From positions 1-35,126 of the IMG/VR virus record IMGVR_UViG_3300032136_000012: a DNA stretch of 35,126 bases. One strand, 5' to 3'. The DNA comes from a virus (lineage: Duplodnaviria > Caudoviricetes). Positions 26,037 through 34,463 of this stretch are shown here, one piece after another (positions within the stretch are counted from its first letter, which is position 1; the number at the start of each line of letters is the position of its first letter). Both the position numbers and the translations under genes were made by a program. The notes under the pieces are model-generated. The model searched no databases and was not told the DNA's origin. It worked only from the letters and a program-made list of their open reading frames with translations.

Positions 26037-27384
26037 GTTTCCTCCAAGCCTGTAAAGCCTCAAAAAGCGAACGCTGTCTTTCGTCCTTCGAAGATAAACG
26101 TTTGCTTATCATCTCATCTACAGTGTCCTTCGCCACCAGGCGATGCACTCTCACCTTCTTCGCCTTGTTCCCTGACCGGTAGATCCTCCTATTGAGCTGC
26201 TGATATAGTTGGAAGTCATCTGTCAAAGAGAACCAGACCACGTCAGCACAGCCACCTCCCTGCATATTCAACCCAAAAGCAATTGATTGAACCTGTGCAA
26301 GCAGCACGGGGACTTCTCCAGCGTTCCAAGAAGACAGCGTCTGTGCATCCTCTTTACCCGACGAACCACCATGTATTGCCCGATTGTCGGGTAAAGCCTT
26401 CTGCAGCCTCTCGAGCTCATGTTTGAACCGATAGGCTATGAGAACAGGCTTCCCATTGAGCTCTTCGACGAGGCTCTTGAGGGCTTTGATCTTTTCGTCG
26501 TGAAGAACCTGAACACCCCCCTCATGGTACATCGCCCCACCAACCATCTGACAACAGAGACCGTACGCAGAAGCTGCGGTGTCCGCGTAGATCTCAGCCC
26601 CGTCCAACTCCGCAAAGAGACTTTTTTGAATACCGATATATGCCTTTTTTGCCTTGGGAGGGAGCTCGATCTGAATGTCATTATAGAGAAGGTCTGGCAG
26701 ATCGATGAGCTTTTCAGCATCCAGGCGAAGAGCAATCGGCGCAATCCTCTTATACACGACGTCCTCCATACCCTGGATAGGCTTCCAGTCGAAGTAGTTC
26801 CCTCGCATGACTTGGTAGAAATAGGCATTGCGGAAGTGGGTGATATACTTTCCAAGTCTCTCTCCTTTGTCCAAGATAAAGATCTGTGACCAGAGGTCCT
26901 GCAGAGATCTAGGGGTGGGGGTACCTGTCATGATGTAGCGGCGATTGAACCTGTTAAGTTCTCGTTTCAAGAGTTTAAACCACTTACTGCTTGGGGATTT
27001 CAAGAGACTGCTTTCGTCGACAACGAGAGCATCATACTCTGGGAGCTCTTGGTCAAAGAACCACTTCAACCCCTCTGGGTTGATGAGGTCAATATGTGTA
27101 ATACCATGTCTTTTTGACCCCCTATCGACCGTCTTCTTTGGCCCGTGTAGGACTGTACTCGTAAAAGGATACTCCCACTTCTGGATCTCTGCCGGCCATA
27201 CGAATTTACACACGCGAATAGGTGCTATTATTAAAACCCGCTTCACGCCGCGAAATCGTAAGCGGTTAAGTAGTTCCAGGATAATTAAACTCTTTCCCAT
27301 CCCTGGATTAAGAAATAAAGCGGCGTGAAGTCGGGGTAGTAAGAACCCTACAGCCTCCTCTTGGTACTCCCTGAGACTAGGCAT
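26023..27384 (-). CDS. SNF2-family (superfamily 2) helicase
   Basis: LREYQ, PGMGKS, VVDESS, MTGTP, GLNMQ and QLNRRIYRSG motifs. Confidence 0.92.
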   Translation of the reverse strand: MPSLREYQEEAVGFLLPRLHAALFLNPGMGKSLIILELLNRLRFRGVKRVLIIAPIRVCKFVWPAEIQKWEYPFTSTVLHGPKKTVDRGSKRHGITHIDLINPEGLKWFFDQELPEYDALVVDESSLLKSPSSKWFKLLKRELNRFNRRYIMTGTPTPRSLQDLWSQIFILDKGERLGKYITHFRNAYFYQVMRGNYFDWKPIQGMEDVVYKRIAPIALRLDAEKLIDLPDLLYNDIQIELPPKAKKAYIGIQKSLFAELDGAEIYADTAASAYGLCCQMVGGAMYHEGGVQVLHDEKIKALKSLVEELNGKPVLIAYRFKHELERLQKALPDNRAIHGGSSGKEDAQTLSSWNAGEVPVLLAQVQSIAFGLNMQGGGCADVVWFSLTDDFQLYQQLNRRIYRSGNKAKKVRVHRLVAKDTVDEMISKRLSSKDERQRSLFEALQAWRKHGSN

Positions 27385-27658
27385 GTTCTCGCACTCTCTC
27401 GTATGCTTCTTCCCAGGAATCGCAGATGTAGGACGGAAAGCCTAGCGCGAGGAGTTCCCTTCTATATCGAAACTGCGGCTTCCTCACAATACCATCCGGT
27501 CTCTTCATCTCGATGAACATAGCCTTAGCCCCCGGCAGGAGGATCAGCCTGTCCGGACCACCCACCTGAGCAGCATCCTTGAACTTCACTACCTTCGCTC
27601 CAAAGTCCTTCTTCACCTTCTTTACGAACTTCTTCTCGATTTCTTTCTCTAAGGTCAT
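27377..27658 (-). CDS. VRR-NUC domain nuclease
   Basis: LEKEIE...GGPDRLILLP...FIEMKRP...Q pattern. Confidence 0.9.
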   Translation of the reverse strand: MTLEKEIEKKFVKKVKKDFGAKVVKFKDAAQVGGPDRLILLPGAKAMFIEMKRPDGIVRKPQFRYRRELLALGFPSYICDSWEEAYERVREHA

Positions 27659-29631
27659 CTGAACCTCCTACCAACCCAACCTTCTGCTTCCAAGGGCAAG
27701 CCCGGTGCCCAGGCCAGGGGTCGGCACATCTCATCGATCAATTCCTCAAGACAAGGCCACTCGCCCTCGACGACTAGCTCGTCGTGGACGCTGAGGACGA
27801 TGTCGCCGAGGTCGCCTCGGTCGGCAATTCTCAGGCTCGCCGAGGCTATGACGTCTCGGGCGATGGCCTGGTCTACGTTCTCACAGAGCTTCCCACCCCA
27901 GGTAGACACCTGCGTCCACTTGCGGTTGATTGAGCTCTCTGTCCAATAATAAATCTTCGGCCGCATGGATCCCCAGGGGGTCTCCTCCATCCGGATCTCC
28001 GGTTTGAAGTAGGCAATCTCCCGCCCGCTTGGTAGTCCTACGTAGACGAAGGGATACTCTTTCCGAAAGGTCAGCACACCGTGAGAGAACTTCCTGCCGT
28101 CGCCGGCTATGCAGGCGATGAAGGCTTGCTCAAGGTCTTTCCAGAATGGGCCGATGATTCCCTCTCGGAAGGTGTTGACAACTCGCTCGGCGAGGTCTGG
28201 CTCCACACCAGTCTCCTCAGCAAATCTCTTGGCTCCGAGGCCGTACCCTAGACCGAGCACTGCGGCCTTAGCGATCTTGTACTCAAGGGGATCCCCCTCC
28301 TTGGTGATCTCCCGGCCGAAGATCTGTGCACCCATCTCACAGTAGATGTTGCGGCCCTCGCGGAGCGCTTGCAGCATGTTCTCGTTCCAACAAAGCCACA
28401 TGAGCACTCGAGCCTCAATCTGCCTGTAGTCTGCACAGGTCAAGATCTTCCCAGGCTCGGCAGACAAAGTAGGCCGAACACAAAGGGAGAGCGGGCCAGT
28501 GGGATCTGGGAAGCGCTCCAGAAAGGAGGTCACTCCGGAGTCGAGGGCCGTTACGATGTCATCTATGTCTGACATCTCCTGACCCCGGAGTGACTTAAGA
28601 TTTTGGACCTGGAGACCTTGGCCGGCCCACCGGCCGGTGATGGCTCCGTAGTACCGCAGGAGGTCCCGGACTCTGTTGTCCTCTGGGTCCGCCCGGTTGA
28701 TCATCGCCTCGTACTTGGAAACCGACGCACGGCTGAAGACCTGCCTGAGCTCCAAGGCTTCCCTGGCCGGCCCCGGCTCCAGCCCGTCGAGGGATTTCTC
28801 TACGCCGGCCTTGGTCATGTCTGAGATCTGGATACCCTGCCCCTGGAGCCAGCGCATCAGCACGGCCACCTGCCGGCAGGAGCGAACGGCCCCTCCAGTG
28901 ATCTCCTGGAGGCGAGCATCTGCTACACTCTTCGAGTGGTCTAGGACCTCGATGGCCTTCCGAGCGAACTCGACGTTACTGTATAGTCCATGAGTATTTA
29001 TGCGCTCTGTCAGCTGCCAAACTCTAAGCTCTTCCGCAGATAGTTCGGGAAGGGCCTTCGAGACCGCGTGTTCCGCGTCAACGTCCTTGACGCAATACTC
29101 GTACAATCGTGCCAGATCTTCTTCTGTTTCGTGCCACTTGGCTCTGTTGTTCTTCGTAGGCTTTCTCGGCTTGCACATCTTCAGCATCAGACGATTGCCG
29201 GCCATGTCCTTCTTGATGCCAAGGTCCATGACTTGGCACAGGGTCTCCAGCTTCCTGGGCAGGCCATAGCGGGCTGCCTTGGCGGCGCTGCAACGGAACC
29301 TACTCCAGTCAAGACTGGGCCAGGAGGTCTGCTTGTTGTTCCAGTGGCAGTACTCGAAGAAGGCATTGTGGGCTTCTACAATGGCCCCATCTTCGAGGGC
29401 CTTACGGAGCTTGAGAGGGAACAAGTCCCCTCGCTTCCACAGCCTCGTGGGGCCGTCGTCGATTTTGTAGGCCATGCAGAGCACTTCGGTGCTTGGGTGC
29501 TTCGAGTAGACCCAAGCGCCACATTTTTTCAGGTTGCATTCGCTCCTTGTCTCGAAGTCAATAGTGATAAAGGAGCTCCCATGAGGTGAGGGAGGAGACA
29601 AGGAGGTGTTTTTTGGAGATGAAGCCGTCAT
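27655..29631 (-). CDS. polA: family A DNA polymerase with 3'-5' exonuclease domain
   Basis: Exo motifs IDFET, AHNAFFE and YCVKDV; TGRW, motif A DYRQIEARV, motif B KAAVLGLGYG, motif C VHDE. Confidence 0.95.
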   Translation of the reverse strand: MTASSPKNTSLSPPSPHGSSFITIDFETRSECNLKKCGAWVYSKHPSTEVLCMAYKIDDGPTRLWKRGDLFPLKLRKALEDGAIVEAHNAFFEYCHWNNKQTSWPSLDWSRFRCSAAKAARYGLPRKLETLCQVMDLGIKKDMAGNRLMLKMCKPRKPTKNNRAKWHETEEDLARLYEYCVKDVDAEHAVSKALPELSAEELRVWQLTERINTHGLYSNVEFARKAIEVLDHSKSVADARLQEITGGAVRSCRQVAVLMRWLQGQGIQISDMTKAGVEKSLDGLEPGPAREALELRQVFSRASVSKYEAMINRADPEDNRVRDLLRYYGAITGRWAGQGLQVQNLKSLRGQEMSDIDDIVTALDSGVTSFLERFPDPTGPLSLCVRPTLSAEPGKILTCADYRQIEARVLMWLCWNENMLQALREGRNIYCEMGAQIFGREITKEGDPLEYKIAKAAVLGLGYGLGAKRFAEETGVEPDLAERVVNTFREGIIGPFWKDLEQAFIACIAGDGRKFSHGVLTFRKEYPFVYVGLPSGREIAYFKPEIRMEETPWGSMRPKIYYWTESSINRKWTQVSTWGGKLCENVDQAIARDVIASASLRIADRGDLGDIVLSVHDELVVEGEWPCLEELIDEMCRPLAWAPGLPLEAEGWVGRRFR

Positions 29632-29641
29632 GGGAGCTCCT
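29571..29641. repeat. perfect 14-bp inverted repeat spanning the polymerase RBS and start codon
   Basis: AGGAGCTCCCATGA (29571-29584) and TCATGGGAGCTCCT (29628-29641) with a 43-nt spacer. Confidence 0.92.
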
Positions 29642-29648
29642 ATTATCT

Positions 29649-29678
29649 ATAGTAGCATAAAAGCTACGTTGTTGTCAA
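29649..29678 (-). promoter_or_regulatory. sigma70-type promoter for the polymerase gene
   Basis: Minus strand TTGACA (29678-29673), 18-nt spacer ending TGC, then TACTAT (29654-29649). Confidence 0.65.
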
Positions 29679-29873
29679 GTCTAAAATGTGATCCCCTGCA
29701 ATTTCTGCGGCGACCAATATAGACATGAAGTCCTGGAAAGACAGATGGACTCGATAGACAGCGCCGTTCTGCATACGAAGCGTGGTCGCAGTTGGATCTC
29801 TCCATACCATCTCGATGACCACGATGCTATCCCTCTGTAAGGCGATTCCTCTATCGATTCGTATCCACATCAC
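29664..29873 (-). CDS. hypothetical protein
   Basis: 69 aa with GGAGG RBS, coupled to the SSB stop codon. Confidence 0.6.
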   Translation of the reverse strand: MMWIRIDRGIALQRDSIVVIEMVWRDPTATTLRMQNGAVYRVHLSFQDFMSILVAAEIAGDHILDLTTT

Positions 29874-30379
29874 GCCTCCTCGAAAGCCTTCTGAGCTGAG
29901 TCGGTGGTCATGCCTGCCCCGCCGAAGCGCTCGGCGTCCCCTTCCTTGCGGATTGCCTGGAGGGTGAACAGCACGCCGTTCTGCTTCTGGTCGTAAGCGT
30001 ACGTGTGGACGATGGCACGGCAGAGACAGCCTGGGTACAGGTCCCCTGGGTCGATAATCTCCTCACCGTCCCGGTTCAGCAGCTTGGGCTGCTGCGTCGT
30101 CCAGGTGTTGATGAAGACGTTGCCATGGTACTCAGCGCCTTCCTTCTCGTCCCCGTCGTTGAACGGCCGGCGGAGCTTGCGGGGTGGATCATCCCCCCAC
30201 TTCGCCTTGATGGCTGCCTCGACGGCGGCCTCAAGCTTGGACATGTCTGTCCCATCCTCGAAGATCATCGTGCAAGAGAACCGAGGCTTTTGCTCGGGCT
30301 TCTCTGGGTTGCCGACGGCTTTGAAAAGCTTAGGCCAGGACAAACGAAAAACTGGTGTTACGATCTTTCCTTCACTCAT
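29870..30379 (-). CDS. single-stranded DNA-binding protein (DUF2815 / gp2.5-like)
   Basis: FRLSWPKLF, PFNDGDEK, LYPGCLCRA and GDAERFGG motifs; sits between the DUF2800 and polymerase genes. Confidence 0.85.
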   Translation of the reverse strand: MSEGKIVTPVFRLSWPKLFKAVGNPEKPEQKPRFSCTMIFEDGTDMSKLEAAVEAAIKAKWGDDPPRKLRRPFNDGDEKEGAEYHGNVFINTWTTQQPKLLNRDGEEIIDPGDLYPGCLCRAIVHTYAYDQKQNGVLFTLQAIRKEGDAERFGGAGMTTDSAQKAFEEA

Positions 30380-31305
30380 TTGGATTCCTCCTTGTCGAAC
30401 ATGTCGTTCAACTCTTCCATTGTTTTGGTTTTTCTCAACCTCTTTCTGCCATTATTGTACACCTGCAATTCCCATCCGTCAAGCATTTTTCCGTCGGAGA
30501 GTAATCTTTTAGCTTTGGCCTCGCTCTCCTTGATAAGTTTCTTGACTGATTGAGACTTGTCCAGAACATCTACGAGTTCTGTCCTCGACAGGTGGTCCAC
30601 GTCGGCGTCGGCAGCATTGAAGAGTTCATTGAACTTCTCCGTCTGCGACGGGCAGAGTGACGTGGCCGGGCAAAATTGACACCACGACCCGAGGGCCGTG
30701 TACTCCGGGAAGTACTTGACCGCCCGCATGGCCTCGTTGAGCTCCTTCCCAAAAGACTCGATGAAGTCCTGTGTATCCAGGACCAGTTTCCGTACTGGGT
30801 CCTCTCCATTGTATCGAGGCTGCACGATGTGCAGCTCCAGCTGTGCCGGCGCGATAGGCTTGATAGACTCCAGGAACATGTAGGCGTAGATCTTGAGCTG
30901 GTTCGAGTTTGGTTGGACCAGAACCCCAGAGCCGTGCTTGTAGTCCATGACCACCAGCCTGTCCCTAGACAGGAGAGCATAGTCCAGCGTCCCGTAGATC
31001 TCCGGGTAGGCCAGCGACCTCACGGGGAACTCGTAGAACTCAGCCAGTGGGGGCGTCCGCCTCTTTTCAGAGGCGATGTGCTGCAGGTAGTATACGACCG
31101 CCGGGTCCAGCCCAGTGAGCTCGTAGATGCTACTCTCCAGCGCCGTCGACGCCTCGTCGTGTGCTCGCGTGCCTTCCTCTGCTGCGGGGGAAGACTCCGA
31201 CCCGGCGGGCCGCTCGGCGCGGGCGCGGGCACCTAGCTCGATGGAGCCTGGACAGTTGAACCAGCGGTTGGAACTCGACGGCGCGAAGATTGAATGCTTA
31301 CCCAT
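30376..31305 (-). CDS. DUF2800 / Cas4-like PD-(D/E)xK nuclease
   Basis: HSIFAPSSSNRWFNCPGS, AEEGTRAH, GTLD, DYKHGSG, QLKIYA and WCQFCPATSLC motifs. Confidence 0.88.
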   Translation of the reverse strand: MGKHSIFAPSSSNRWFNCPGSIELGARARAERPAGSESSPAAEEGTRAHDEASTALESSIYELTGLDPAVVYYLQHIASEKRRTPPLAEFYEFPVRSLAYPEIYGTLDYALLSRDRLVVMDYKHGSGVLVQPNSNQLKIYAYMFLESIKPIAPAQLELHIVQPRYNGEDPVRKLVLDTQDFIESFGKELNEAMRAVKYFPEYTALGSWCQFCPATSLCPSQTEKFNELFNAADADVDHLSRTELVDVLDKSQSVKKLIKESEAKAKRLLSDGKMLDGWELQVYNNGRKRLRKTKTMEELNDMFDKEESK

Positions 31306-31658
31306 TAGTGCAGTGTCCCCTTCCCACCCTCGTCGTCCCAGCCAAAGTCGGTGTAGGCGGGCAAGTCGGCGTCGGTCATCTCGGAGGCCAGGACCGCTCG
31401 GACGGATCCTCGCATGTTCACCATGAACTTCATGAAGGCTGCGGTCTCAAGAGCTCCATAGATCTGTACGACCTCGTTCTCCTCGTGGCCTTCAAAGGCT
31501 TCTTCGCGCTCCCTTGAGATCTCTTCAATGGTGTTGTCCATCGCTTCCCAGACAGTATCCAGAACGAACTGCACCATGCGCTTCTCTTCCTCGTTCGAAC
31601 AGAGGACGTCGTAGGTGGCGAGTGCCAGTCTAGGATTTATCATAGCGTTCGTCCTCAA
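31305..31658 (-). CDS. hypothetical acidic protein
   Basis: 117-aa ORF coupled to the next gene by TAATG; the start could be the second Met. Confidence 0.65.
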   Translation of the reverse strand: MRTNAMINPRLALATYDVLCSNEEEKRMVQFVLDTVWEAMDNTIEEISREREEAFEGHEENEVVQIYGALETAAFMKFMVNMRGSVRAVLASEMTDADLPAYTDFGWDDEGGKGTLH

Positions 31659-31815
31659 TCGTTACAGGCTCGGCAGGCTTTGCTGGCACTTCGGAGACCA
31701 GGATCTCGCCGACGAGCTCCATAGCCTTCTTCAGCTTGAGAGACTGTCCGGTCCGTGTCTTGCTCGCCAGGAGCATCTGGACCTGTGTTAATTTGTCAAG
31801 ATTTGTACTCTTCAT
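31630..31815 (-). CDS. hypothetical protein
   Basis: ATG at 31815 overlaps the upstream TGA (ATGA); about 61 aa. Confidence 0.55.
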   Translation of the reverse strand: MKSTNLDKLTQVQMLLASKTRTGQSLKLKKAMELVGEILVSEVPAKPAEPVTIEDERYDKS

Positions 31816-32384
31816 TTTCCGCTCCATAAATCTATGGCTACGACACCTTGCCGAAGCCTCCTGTCTTCTAGATACCAATTGCCATCGAGGTCAAAGCCCC
31901 AATGCCATTTCTTCCGTCGTCGTGGGGTAGAGGCTATGAAGTTCGAGATCCGGTTCATCTTGAGTGGGATGTCTAGAATCGGAGGAGAGTACCTCTGGAA
32001 ACACTCAAGGATAACACGGACTTCATATGGGATATTCAACCACTGAAGCCTGCAGTACCCCTCCCTCTGCTTAAGCCTCTGTGGCGTGCACATCTTCGAG
32101 TTCGGATACTTCTTGACGAACTTTCCTCCCTTCATCCACCGGGGATTGATTGGTTGAGAGAAAGCCCGCAGCATGTATTTGAACGACGGCCAGTGCTGGT
32201 TCCCTCTGTGGAGGAGGTACCGATTGATCATTGCCCAGACGAAATAGCCGCAGAACTTCCAGTCCTCTTTACCATCCCCATGCTCTCCAACAAAAGCTCT
32301 CCCAAGCCACAGTAGGTCGTCGTCTGAAAAGACAAGCTCCTGGTGGGGATTCTCGTCAGGTCCGTAGTAAACATATCTGGTCAT
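31812..32384 (-). CDS. putative SleB-like cell wall hydrolase
   Basis: DDDLLWLGRAFVGE...VWAMINRY resembles the LA..I..E...VA.VI.NR start of Hydrolase_2/SleB lytic transglycosylases; the remainder is divergent. Confidence 0.4.
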   Translation of the reverse strand: MTRYVYYGPDENPHQELVFSDDDLLWLGRAFVGEHGDGKEDWKFCGYFVWAMINRYLLHRGNQHWPSFKYMLRAFSQPINPRWMKGGKFVKKYPNSKMCTPQRLKQREGYCRLQWLNIPYEVRVILECFQRYSPPILDIPLKMNRISNFIASTPRRRKKWHWGFDLDGNWYLEDRRLRQGVVAIDLWSGK

Positions 32385-32758
32385 CCTCTCCTCCTTAGGC
32401 GGTCCCGGACACAGGTCAATCGATTCTTCTCTTTGCCCAGGGGCTCACCTCTCAATTTCTTAATGATAGCAGATCTCTCTGCGTCTGTCAAGCCTAAAGA
32501 GTCGAGATCGTGGAGGAGCTCGACAGTCTCTGGCCAACGGGCCGGCTCCCCGAGATGGTCAGGGAGAGGATAGAAGTTCCGGTAGAGCCCCAATCGCTCG
32601 AGCGCCTTGAGGGCGAGGAGCCTGGGGTTTCTGGCCTTGGGCCAGTGCTCCCACATGTACAGCAACATCTCTTGCCGGATGTCTTCTCTCCAGGATACGT
32701 TGGCTTTGTAGGCAAACCAGTCGCAGACCTCGAAGGCCCTCTTCGCGTCGAAGATCAT
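32381..32758 (-). CDS. small sigma-factor-like protein
   Basis: REDIRQEMLLYMWE resembles ECF region 2 and LTDAERSAII...G resembles the start of region 4; only 125 aa. Confidence 0.45.
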   Translation of the reverse strand: MIFDAKRAFEVCDWFAYKANVSWREDIRQEMLLYMWEHWPKARNPRLLALKALERLGLYRNFYPLPDHLGEPARWPETVELLHDLDSLGLTDAERSAIIKKLRGEPLGKEKNRLTCVRDRLRRRG

Positions 32759-32937
32759 CCTACTACTTCCTTAAGTAACTGGGTACACGCAACATTGATC
32801 CTGTCCCTTACACGCTCCGTCGATGGAGTGTTGGCCCTCCTAAAATATCCCCGCAGGATCCCCGCAACGGCTTCGAGCGTCTCGATTGCGTCGGTAGGAT
32901 CTCCATCCATCGTGTCTATCTCGATTGTCATCTTCAT
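32755..32937 (-). CDS. hypothetical protein
   Basis: ATG at 32937 in an ATGA overlap with the upstream stop; about 60 aa. Confidence 0.55.
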   Translation of the reverse strand: MKMTIEIDTMDGDPTDAIETLEAVAGILRGYFRRANTPSTERVRDRINVACTQLLKEVVG

Positions 32938-33167
32938 GAGCTGAACTCCCTGGCCTCTGCAGCCTCGGCCGTGAGGTCGTCTACCTCGTCCTCGAGCTTT
33001 CCCGCAAGCTCCCACGCGTCACAGACGTAGAAGGGCTGTGTAATTGGGGAGAGATCCAGCGGGTCATCCCCAGCCTCATGACGGCACACAAGGTCAAAGT
33101 TCCTGTACGCTCGGAAGCAATGCTCGCAACTCGCACAACACTGTGAAATCATTACAGGCTTCATCAT
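32934..33167 (-). CDS. Cys-rich hypothetical protein
   Basis: CCASCEHC...C...VCDAW pattern; coupled to both neighbours. Confidence 0.6.
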   Translation of the reverse strand: MMKPVMISQCCASCEHCFRAYRNFDLVCRHEAGDDPLDLSPITQPFYVCDAWELAGKLEDEVDDLTAEAAEAREFSS

Positions 33168-33400
33168 TTCGCTCTCTCCATTCTGTAGAGTGGTTTTATC
33201 TCATCGATAGTATAATACCGAGCTGCGTAGCAAAATTCACCACAATCAAATTGGAGGGGTAAACTAATCGTTAGCTCTCTATGCTCGCACATCCACCAGT
33301 CATCCTCCTGGATCTCTCCCGTCCCCCGGCAATCTGGACACTCCCACATTCCACGCAAGCATGATACCACACCATCTTCGCAATTCGGACACGTAGTCAT
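33164..33400 (-). CDS. small DnaJ-type zinc-finger protein
   Basis: CPNCEDG...CPDCRGTG; ATG at 33400 overlaps the HNH stop. Confidence 0.6.
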   Translation of the reverse strand: MTTCPNCEDGVVSCLRGMWECPDCRGTGEIQEDDWWMCEHRELTISLPLQFDCGEFCYAARYYTIDEIKPLYRMERAK

Positions 33401-33897
33401 TTCCACGACCTCCTGTTTTTTATCGCACAAATTTGGCTAGGCGTGACCTTGTACTTTTTTGCCAACTTAACGCCCGGCACGCCACTATTGAGAGCTAGTC
33501 TTATCATATCAACATCAAACTGCGTCAGTTTTGCGCTAGCGTGTGTCTCCCCAAACATCCATGGAAGCTTTTTCGCCCTACCCTTGCTAATGGCGTCTCT
33601 AAAATTGTCACCCCTTGTGCCAAGAAATAGGTGCGCTGGTTTTACACAGGATGGGTTATCGCAACGGTGGCAAACACACATGCCTTCTGGTATCTCTCCA
33701 ATAAACAACATATGGGACATTCTGTGTGCCCCTATGTTTTTACCATTATGCCTGAAACTACCATACCCATATTGTCCCTTTCGGGAACCGTTAGAGTACT
33801 TTGTTCTGCTACCTGCCCATTCCCAACACCCATCTCCCTTTATTTTTATTTTATCCATGAACTTTTTTACAGTTTCGTGGTCCTTCGGACACTTCAT
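33397..33897 (-). CDS. HNH homing endonuclease
   Basis: CWEWAG, GYGSF, AHRMSH, VCHRCDNPSCVKPAHLFLGT..DN and a C-terminal HTH-like segment; AT-richer than its flanks. Confidence 0.9.
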   Translation of the reverse strand: MKCPKDHETVKKFMDKIKIKGDGCWEWAGSRTKYSNGSRKGQYGYGSFRHNGKNIGAHRMSHMLFIGEIPEGMCVCHRCDNPSCVKPAHLFLGTRGDNFRDAISKGRAKKLPWMFGETHASAKLTQFDVDMIRLALNSGVPGVKLAKKYKVTPSQICAIKNRRSWK

Positions 33898-34463
33898 TCC
33901 TGAACTCCTTTCAAGCCTACCCCGTAGGAGTAGCTCCAGTAACGCTTCCCTCCGACCAAGGCACCGACAACACAGCCGTCACTGTCTAACAGTGGTCCTC
34001 CGGACCAACCTGGGTTAGAGGCTATGGAGACTACGTAGGTGTCTACCTCGACCCACGTCGCCTTCTTCCCGCTCTTCGAGAGGACCGTCCCACACTCACA
34101 GCCGAGGATCTCGCTCGCCTCGAAGCCGCAACCGCAGAGGTGCTCTCCCCACCTGGGGGATCCGCAGGTATCCAGTGGGTCTTCGACCAAGGCCGAGTGC
34201 GTCGTCACCACCGCAAGGTCGCGGGCCGGGAGTGTCTGTACGACCCTCACCTCGACGTCGCCGTCAGCGAGCTGCAGCCAGTACTTGTCGTGCTCGTCTA
34301 CGACGTGGAGGGCCGTGACCCACCGTCGCGGTGAGACCGCGAAAGCCGTGCCACACCCTGCCTCGTGACAGATAGGGGCTACGTTGTATCCCGGGTCGAG
34401 TGGGTCAATGTCTGCACAGCCTATTAAGGTGAGCAGCATAATTCCAGTGATCAGTTTAATCAT
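33894..34463 (-). CDS. trypsin-like serine protease, predicted lipoprotein
   Basis: Triad motifs TALHV, RDLAVV and GWSGGP; signal peptide MIKLITGIMLLTLIG-C with a lipobox-like cysteine at residue 16. Confidence 0.8.
   Translation of the reverse strand: MIKLITGIMLLTLIGCADIDPLDPGYNVAPICHEAGCGTAFAVSPRRWVTALHVVDEHDKYWLQLADGDVEVRVVQTLPARDLAVVTTHSALVEDPLDTCGSPRWGEHLCGCGFEASEILGCECGTVLSKSGKKATWVEVDTYVVSIASNPGWSGGPLLDSDGCVVGALVGGKRYWSYSYGVGLKGVQE

Noticed and set aside
27655-29631. Polymerase as DpoZ (2-aminoadenine system) or as intein/intron-containing
   Set aside because: No purZ or dATPase gene in the window; the ORF is continuous and compact with no insertion.
29600-29660. Plus-strand AAGGAGGTG followed by a 13-codon ORF (MKPSWELLLSIVA)
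   Set aside because: Antisense to the polymerase start with no plus-strand promoter seen; kept only as part of the inverted-repeat finding.
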